The notes under the pieces are model-generated. The model was not told the DNA's origin, ran no database searches, and saw only the letters and a program-made list of their open reading frames with translations. Below are positions 58,999-64,000 of a stretch of DNA of 64,000 nucleotides, in pieces. Source of the DNA: an uncultured Oscillospiraceae bacterium (GTDB lineage Bacteria > Bacillota > Clostridia > Christensenellales > Aristaeellaceae); NCBI GenBank assembly GCA_964522425.1, contig CAZFUT010000003.1:452-64451 (forward strand). The letters are read 5' to 3'. Made by a program: the position numbers and the translations under genes. The stretch's first letter is position 1. Each line of letters starts with the position of its first letter.

Positions 58999-60285
58999 AT
59001 GAAAAAACTGTTCGCCCTGCTTCTCGCCTGCATGGTGCTCATGTCCCTCGGCATGGCCAATGCGCAAAGCGAAAAGACCGAAATCACCCTTTGGACCTAC
59101 CCCATCGGCAAATGGGCCGACGAAGCGACCGTCAACGAAATCATCGCTGCGTTCAACGTTGCTCACCCCGAAATCACAGTGAAGGTGCAGTACCTTGATT
59201 ACAAGAGCGGCGACGATCAGGTAACGACCGCCATCGAAGCCAAAACCACGCCCGACATCATCATGGAAGGTCCGGAGCGTCTGGTGACCAACTGGGGTGC
59301 CGCCGGTAAAATGCTGGACATCAGCGACCTGTGGACCGAAGAAGTGACGAAGGATATCGCCGCCATCAGCGAAGCGGTCATCTCCGCCTGCAAGGGCGCG
59401 GACGGCAAGTACTATGAGTATCCGCTGGTCATGACCACCCATACCATGGCCATCAACTACAACGACTTTGAAAAGGCCAATGCCCTTCAGTTCATTGACC
59501 AAGAAAAGCGTACCTGGACGACCGAAGGCTTTGAAAACGCCCTTAAGGCGCTGAGCACCGCGGGCTTCATGCCCACCGGCATCGTGTACTGCGGCGGCCA
59601 GGGCGGCGACCAGGGCACCCGCGCCCTCGCCATGAACCTCTACTCCGCACAGTTCACCAATCCCGAGCACACCGCCTACACCATGGACAGCGAAAACGGC
59701 ATCAAGGGCCTGCAGAAGCTGGTTGACCTGGTCAAAGAAGGCGTGCTCACTGCCGACCCCGGTATCGTGGCCGGTGACGAAATCGCTCTGTTCTGCAACA
59801 GCACCGCTTCCATGTCCTTCTGCTGGAACGCTTCCGCTGCCGCCAGCAACAAGGTGAACCTGGCCGAAGACGTGAAGGTGTTCCCCATGGCTTTCCCCTC
59901 CGACGACGGCACGCCCGAGCTTTGCGGCGGCATCTGGGGCTTCGGCCTGTTTAACAACGGCGACGAAAAGCGCGCCGCCGCCGCCAGGGAATTTGTCAAG
60001 TTCGTCTGCGATGATAAAGAGCAGGCTGCCAAGAGCGTCTACGCCACGGGCTTCTTCCCCGTCCGCGCCTCTGTGGGCGACGTGTACACCGGCACCGAAA
60101 AGGCCGACAACGCCGAATACGCGATGTTCCTGCCTTATCTGGGCGATTACTACAACGTGACCAGCGGCTGGGCCACGCAGCGCACCGAATGGTGGAATAT
60201 GTTGCAGCGTATTTTTGCCGGCGGCGATGTGGCGGCCGAAGTGAAGACCTACGTAACCAATTCCAACGCCAGCATCGTAAAGTAA
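58999..60285 (+). CDS. ABC transporter extracellular solute-binding protein (family 1, carbohydrate; probably sialic acid or a derivative)
   Basis: 428 aa with a signal peptide. ITLWTYPIGKW... family-1 SBP layout. First gene of an operon ending in nanA. Confidence 0.8.
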   Translation: MKKLFALLLACMVLMSLGMANAQSEKTEITLWTYPIGKWADEATVNEIIAAFNVAHPEITVKVQYLDYKSGDDQVTTAIEAKTTPDIIMEGPERLVTNWGAAGKMLDISDLWTEEVTKDIAAISEAVISACKGADGKYYEYPLVMTTHTMAINYNDFEKANALQFIDQEKRTWTTEGFENALKALSTAGFMPTGIVYCGGQGGDQGTRALAMNLYSAQFTNPEHTAYTMDSENGIKGLQKLVDLVKEGVLTADPGIVAGDEIALFCNSTASMSFCWNASAAASNKVNLAEDVKVFPMAFPSDDGTPELCGGIWGFGLFNNGDEKRAAAAREFVKFVCDDKEQAAKSVYATGFFPVRASVGDVYTGTEKADNAEYAMFLPYLGDYYNVTSGWATQRTEWWNMLQRIFAGGDVAAEVKTYVTNSNASIVK

Positions 60286-60298
60286 TCATTTCCATGCA

Positions 60299-60338
60299 GG
60301 CAACGCTCCCCGCCCCTGTGGGAAGGGGAGCGTTGCCT
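60299..60338 (+). terminator. strong intra-operon hairpin after the SBP gene (partial terminator / mRNA stabiliser)
   Basis: GGCAACGCTCCCC ... GGGGAGCGTTGCC, a perfect 13-bp stem, followed only by TTATTATG (weak U-run). The next start is at 60343. Confidence 0.5.
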
Positions 60339-60342
60339 TATT

Positions 60343-61272
60343 ATGAAGAGGAGGAATGTCCGCGTGCAGAGAACGATTGATATCTCCCGCGAGCTGCGCG
60401 AGACCCGCAGGAGAGAAAACATCGCCGGATATCTGTTTATGGCGCCGAGCCTGCTGTTTTTTCTCGGCTTTGTTATTTTCCCCATGGCCATGTGTCTTTT
60501 CACCAGCGCCTTCAACTACTCAATGACGGATTTTTCCTTCATCGGGGTAGCCAACTACGTCGAGCTGTTCCAGGACAAGATTTTTATCAAGTCCTTAATC
60601 AATACCATCGTGATCGTTCTGGTCAGCGTGCCCACCGTCTGCATGTTCTCTTTGTGGGTCGCTTCGATTGTCTATCGGATGCACGACCGCTTTACTTCCT
60701 TTTTCCGCTGCATCTTCTATCTGCCGGTCGTCACCGGTTCCGTAGCCGTGACGGTCGTATGGAAGTGGCTGTTCAACCCCTATTACGGCCTGCTCAACTA
60801 CCTTTTTAAGAACCTCGGCCTCATCAATCAGCCCATCAACTGGCTGGGCAGCGTGGACACCGCGCTGTGGTGCATCATCATGATCCTGTTCACCACCTCC
60901 GTCGGGCAGCCTATTGTGCTGTATGTTTCCGCGTTGAGCAACGTGGATCATTCTTTGGTGGAAGCGGCCGAAGTAGACGGCGCCAAACCCCTTCAGGTAT
61001 TCTGGCGCATCAAGTGGCCGCAGATCATGCCCACCACCCTGTACATCCTCGTCATCACCACCATCAACTCTTTCCAGTGCTTCGCGCTGATCCAGCTGCT
61101 CACCAGCGGCGGCCCCATCAACTCGACCAGCACCATCATGTATTATATTTATCATAACGCGTTCAAGCTGAACCGTTACGGTTACGGCAGCGCAATGGGC
61201 GTTATTCTCGCCATCATCATCGCCTTGTTCAGCGCCGTTCAGTTCAAGCTGGCTAAGCCTGATAACGGCTGA
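60343..61272 (+). CDS. carbohydrate ABC transporter permease (MalF-like)
   Basis: 309 aa, six TM helices. EAA-type loop SLVEAAEVDGAKPLQVFWRIKWP. Confidence 0.85.
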   Translation: MKRRNVRVQRTIDISRELRETRRRENIAGYLFMAPSLLFFLGFVIFPMAMCLFTSAFNYSMTDFSFIGVANYVELFQDKIFIKSLINTIVIVLVSVPTVCMFSLWVASIVYRMHDRFTSFFRCIFYLPVVTGSVAVTVVWKWLFNPYYGLLNYLFKNLGLINQPINWLGSVDTALWCIIMILFTTSVGQPIVLYVSALSNVDHSLVEAAEVDGAKPLQVFWRIKWPQIMPTTLYILVITTINSFQCFALIQLLTSGGPINSTSTIMYYIYHNAFKLNRYGYGSAMGVILAIIIALFSAVQFKLAKPDNG

Positions 61273-61285
61273 GGAGGGAAGGAAA

Positions 61286-62119
61286 ATGGATCACAGCGTA
61301 CAGAAAACCTCCGCCTATCAGGTGATCAGCGTCATCATCCTGATTGTTTTAGCAATCCTCTTCACCTTTCCCCTGTACTGGATCATCACCGGCTCCGTGA
61401 AAGAAGCCGCCGTGATCAACGCCGCCACGCCGACATGGTTCCCAACCAATCCAGTTGTCGAACACTATCTGCGGCTTTTTGAAAAGCCCGCCTGGCAGTG
61501 GATGTTCAATACCGTGTTCCTGTGCGTGATGGCGATGGCCCTCACCTGCCTGGCCGCCGCCATGGGCGGGTACGCGCTGGCCAAGAAAAAGTTCTTCGGC
61601 CGCGGCCTGCTGTTTTCCATCTTCGTTTTAGCCATGGCATTGCCCAAGCAGGTTATTCTCATCCCTCTGCTGAAGGAAATGGCTTTCTTAAAGCTTCACA
61701 ATACGCTTTGGGCCGTCATTCTCCCCACCGTCGGCTGGCCTTTCGGCGTCTTCCTGATGAAGCAGTTTTCGGAAAACATTCCCAATGAAATGCTGGAAGC
61801 CGCCCGCATTGACGGCGCGGGCGAAACGCTGACCTTCACACAGATCGTTTTCCCGCTGATTAAGCCCGGCGTAGGCGCGCTGGCCATCTTCACCTTCATC
61901 ACCGCATGGAACGATTATTTCCTGCAGCTGATCATGCTGAACGACACCAATGTGCTGACCATTTCGTTGGGCATTGCCAAGCTTCAAGCCGAGCTCAGCA
62001 CCGACTTTGGTCTCATCATGGCCGGGGCCGCGCTGGGCGCGGTGCCCATCATCCTCATCTTCCTCCTGTTCCAGAAGTTCTTTACCCGCGGCATCACCAT
62101 GGGCGCGGTAAAGGGATAA
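61286..62119 (+). CDS. carbohydrate ABC transporter permease (MalG-like)
   Basis: 277 aa. EAA loop EMLEAARIDGAGETLTFTQIVFPL. Confidence 0.85.
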   Translation: MDHSVQKTSAYQVISVIILIVLAILFTFPLYWIITGSVKEAAVINAATPTWFPTNPVVEHYLRLFEKPAWQWMFNTVFLCVMAMALTCLAAAMGGYALAKKKFFGRGLLFSIFVLAMALPKQVILIPLLKEMAFLKLHNTLWAVILPTVGWPFGVFLMKQFSENIPNEMLEAARIDGAGETLTFTQIVFPLIKPGVGALAIFTFITAWNDYFLQLIMLNDTNVLTISLGIAKLQAELSTDFGLIMAGAALGAVPIILIFLLFQKFFTRGITMGAVKG

Positions 62120-62142
62120 TACTGACGAAAGAAGCAGAAAAA

Positions 62143-63066
62143 ATGTACAACAAGGAAAACAAGTATCAGGGTGTATTCCCGGCCTTCTATGCCTGCTACG
62201 ACGACGCGGGCAACGTAAGCACCCAGCGCACGCTGGCTCTGGCGCGCCACCTGCTGGCTTCCGGCGTGCAGGGGCTGTACGTCAACGGCTCCTCCGGCGA
62301 ATGCATCTATTTAAGCGTTGAGGAGCGCAAGCAGATACTGGAGGCCGTCATGGAGGCCGTGGGCGACAAGATGGTCATCATCGCCCACGTCGCCTGCAAC
62401 AACACCAAAGATAGCATGGAGCTGGCCAGGCACGCGGAAAGCCTGCATGTGGACGCCATCGCCGCCATCCCCCCCATTTACTTCCATCTGCCCCCCCACG
62501 CCATCGCCAAGTACTGGAACGATATTTCGTCCGCCGCGCCGGAAACCGACTTCGTCATCTACAACATCCCGCAATTGGCGGGCGTGTCGCTGACGCTGCC
62601 GCTGCTTTCCGAAATGCTCAAAAACCCGCGCGTCAAAGCCGTCAAAAACAGCTCGATGCCCGTACAGGACATCCAGATGTTCAAAGACTTAGGCGGCGAC
62701 AGGCTGACCGTGTTCAACGGCCCGGACGAGCAGTTTGTGGCCGGCCGCATGATGGGCGCCGCCGGCGGCATCGGCGGCACCTATGCCGTGATGCCCGCCC
62801 TGTTCCTGAAGGCCAACCAGCTGCTCATGACCGGCAGCGTCGAAAAGGCCACTCAGGTGCAGAACGACATCTGCCGCATCATCTACGCCATGTGCGCCTG
62901 CAAGGGCAACCTCTACGCCGTGATGAAAGAGCTATTGCGCCGCAAGGGCGTTCACTGCGGCGGCGTCCGCCTCCCCCTCTTCCCCCTCGCCGAGGAAGAC
63001 ATGGCGCAGGTCAACGCCTGCGAAAAGATGATCGCTGAAGCCGAGAAAAAGGCCATGGCGCTGTAA
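62143..63066 (+). CDS. nanA: N-acetylneuraminate lyase (DHDPS/NanA family)
   Basis: Start at MYNKENKY. GLYVNGSSGE (cf. recalled E. coli GLYVGGSTGE), IAHV, YNIPQLAG, Schiff-base Lys in AVKNSS (cf. ALKQTS), GGIGGTY. Confidence 0.7.
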   Translation: MYNKENKYQGVFPAFYACYDDAGNVSTQRTLALARHLLASGVQGLYVNGSSGECIYLSVEERKQILEAVMEAVGDKMVIIAHVACNNTKDSMELARHAESLHVDAIAAIPPIYFHLPPHAIAKYWNDISSAAPETDFVIYNIPQLAGVSLTLPLLSEMLKNPRVKAVKNSSMPVQDIQMFKDLGGDRLTVFNGPDEQFVAGRMMGAAGGIGGTYAVMPALFLKANQLLMTGSVEKATQVQNDICRIIYAMCACKGNLYAVMKELLRRKGVHCGGVRLPLFPLAEEDMAQVNACEKMIAEAEKKAMAL

Positions 63067-63085
63067 GCAGCGCCATATCCTGCCG

Positions 63086-63114
63086 GCCGGGGCCCCGAGC
63101 GGACCCCGGCTTTT
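63086..63114 (+). terminator. intrinsic terminator after nanA
   Basis: GCCGGGG-(11-nt loop)-CCCCGGC followed by TTTT. Confidence 0.7.
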
Positions 63115-63162
63115 CTGTGCGCATCATGCATAATTGTTACAAAACGGAAACGCCCAAAAGCC

Positions 63163-63191
63163 TTGAATTGTCATATATATCCCTGTATACT
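63163..63191 (+). promoter_or_regulatory. promoter of the second PG_binding_1 repeat gene
   Basis: TTGAAT (63163-63168), 17 nt, TATACT (63186-63191). Confidence 0.45.
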
Positions 63192-63233
63192 GTACTTAGA
63201 AACGCTGCTCTTGACTATTGGAGGTGTATAGAT

Positions 63234-63983
63234 ATGAAAAAATTCATCTGCTGCGCACTGATATGCATCATAGGGCTATGTGCGCTCGTCCCCGTTTCGC
63301 TGGCAGAGGTGCTGCGCATCGGCTCTCAGGGCGAAATGGTCGCCACCGTTCAGAAACGGCTGCTTGATCTGCACTATTACAAGGGCAAGGTCGACGGCAA
63401 GTACGGCAAGTGGACATCCAACGCTGTCTGGCATTTCCAGAAAGACCACAACCTGGCCACCGACGGCAAAGCCGGTGAAAAGACGCTGATCAAGCTGGGC
63501 ATCCTCAGCAACCCCAAGAGGGAGAAGCTCTATTACGGCCTCAACGGTGAAGGCGTGCTGGCGCTGCAACAAGCCCTGCAGGCTACCGGCGACTTTACCG
63601 GCAAGGTAGACGGCAAATATGGCAATGATACCTGGGTTGCCGTATGGCGCTATCAGCGCAAAAAGGGCTTAAAGGTCGATGGCGTTGCCGGGCCGGAAAC
63701 ATTGGCCTCGCTGGGCCTTTCCGGCACGCCGCGCGCAGGCATGTTCGGCATTGACGTGCCCAACCCGCTGAAAATCGGCAGCAAGGGCCAGCGCGTCGTC
63801 GATCTCCAGAACAGGCTGAAGGCGCTGGGGTACTATGCGGGCCCCGTTGACGGCAAGTTTGAAACCGTCACCCGCGTCGCCGTTTGGGATTTCCAGAACA
63901 TCAACGGCCTGCGCCACGACGGCGTAGCCGGCCGCGCCACGCTGGCGCTGCTGTACAGCGATCAGGCGCTGCCCGCGAAATAA
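63234..63983 (+). CDS. secreted protein made of three PG_binding_1 repeats
   Basis: Start at MKKFICCALICIIGL (GGAGGTG SD), with a signal peptide. Three repeats such as VATVQKRLLDLHYYKGKVDGKYGKWTSNAVWHFQKDHNLATDGKAGEKT. Confidence 0.8.
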   Translation: MKKFICCALICIIGLCALVPVSLAEVLRIGSQGEMVATVQKRLLDLHYYKGKVDGKYGKWTSNAVWHFQKDHNLATDGKAGEKTLIKLGILSNPKREKLYYGLNGEGVLALQQALQATGDFTGKVDGKYGNDTWVAVWRYQRKKGLKVDGVAGPETLASLGLSGTPRAGMFGIDVPNPLKIGSKGQRVVDLQNRLKALGYYAGPVDGKFETVTRVAVWDFQNINGLRHDGVAGRATLALLYSDQALPAK

Positions 63984-64000
63984 TACCAATTCAATCCTTA

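Overview
High-GC, Clostridia-like (Oscillospiraceae/Ruminococcaceae-style) chromosomal core region. It is densely packed with about 60 protein genes. I saw no rRNA, tRNA, CRISPR array, integrase, transposase or recognisable defence island. All calls come from reading the ORF track and DNA by eye, and reference sequences are recalled from memory.

Recognisable content, left to right:
- mntP (partial), a protein made only of PG_binding_1 repeats, and a DUF4956 + VTC pair.
- rlmD, then the complete coenzyme-B12 glutamate mutase/methylaspartase operon (glmS-glmL-glmE-mal).
- One co-directional minus-strand block: CapD-like dehydratase, a 132-aa protein, floA, nfeD, two tandem UDG-superfamily genes and a small membrane protein.
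- rplU-prp-rpmA, followed by an asnA + type III glutamine synthetase operon.
- An M14/AstE-like peptidase, galM, a Rho homologue, degV, a ttcA-like gene, and an IMPase + HisJ-family phosphatase pair.
- An operon of unknowns built around a long PRPP-synthetase-like gene.
- ppiB, zapA, a U32 peptidase, mutS2, a two-component system and ispE.
- An ABC-2/GldG/DUF4340 cassette, mnmA, a HAD-dTMP kinase fusion, lysS and greA.
- A MATE transporter, recQ, lepB and a DUF951 gene.
- A sialic-acid-type ABC uptake locus with nanA.

Most interesting observations:
- The Rho homologue keeps a well-conserved RNA-binding N-terminal domain and carries a roughly 190-aa Pro/Gln-rich insertion. Its ATPase signature residues are replaced: Walker A GKT->DRA, Walker B D->N, Arg finger->V. 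I checked that a frameshift does not explain this.
- Six of the seven tail-to-tail gene junctions in the window leave no room for a terminator.
- Lower-tier items: a cluster-less UDG paralogue coupled to a canonical family-4 UDG, the HAD-Tmk fusion, a perfect 23-bp tandem operator-like repeat between two divergent promoters, and several conserved-unknown genes.

Nothing here looks like a mobile or defence system.
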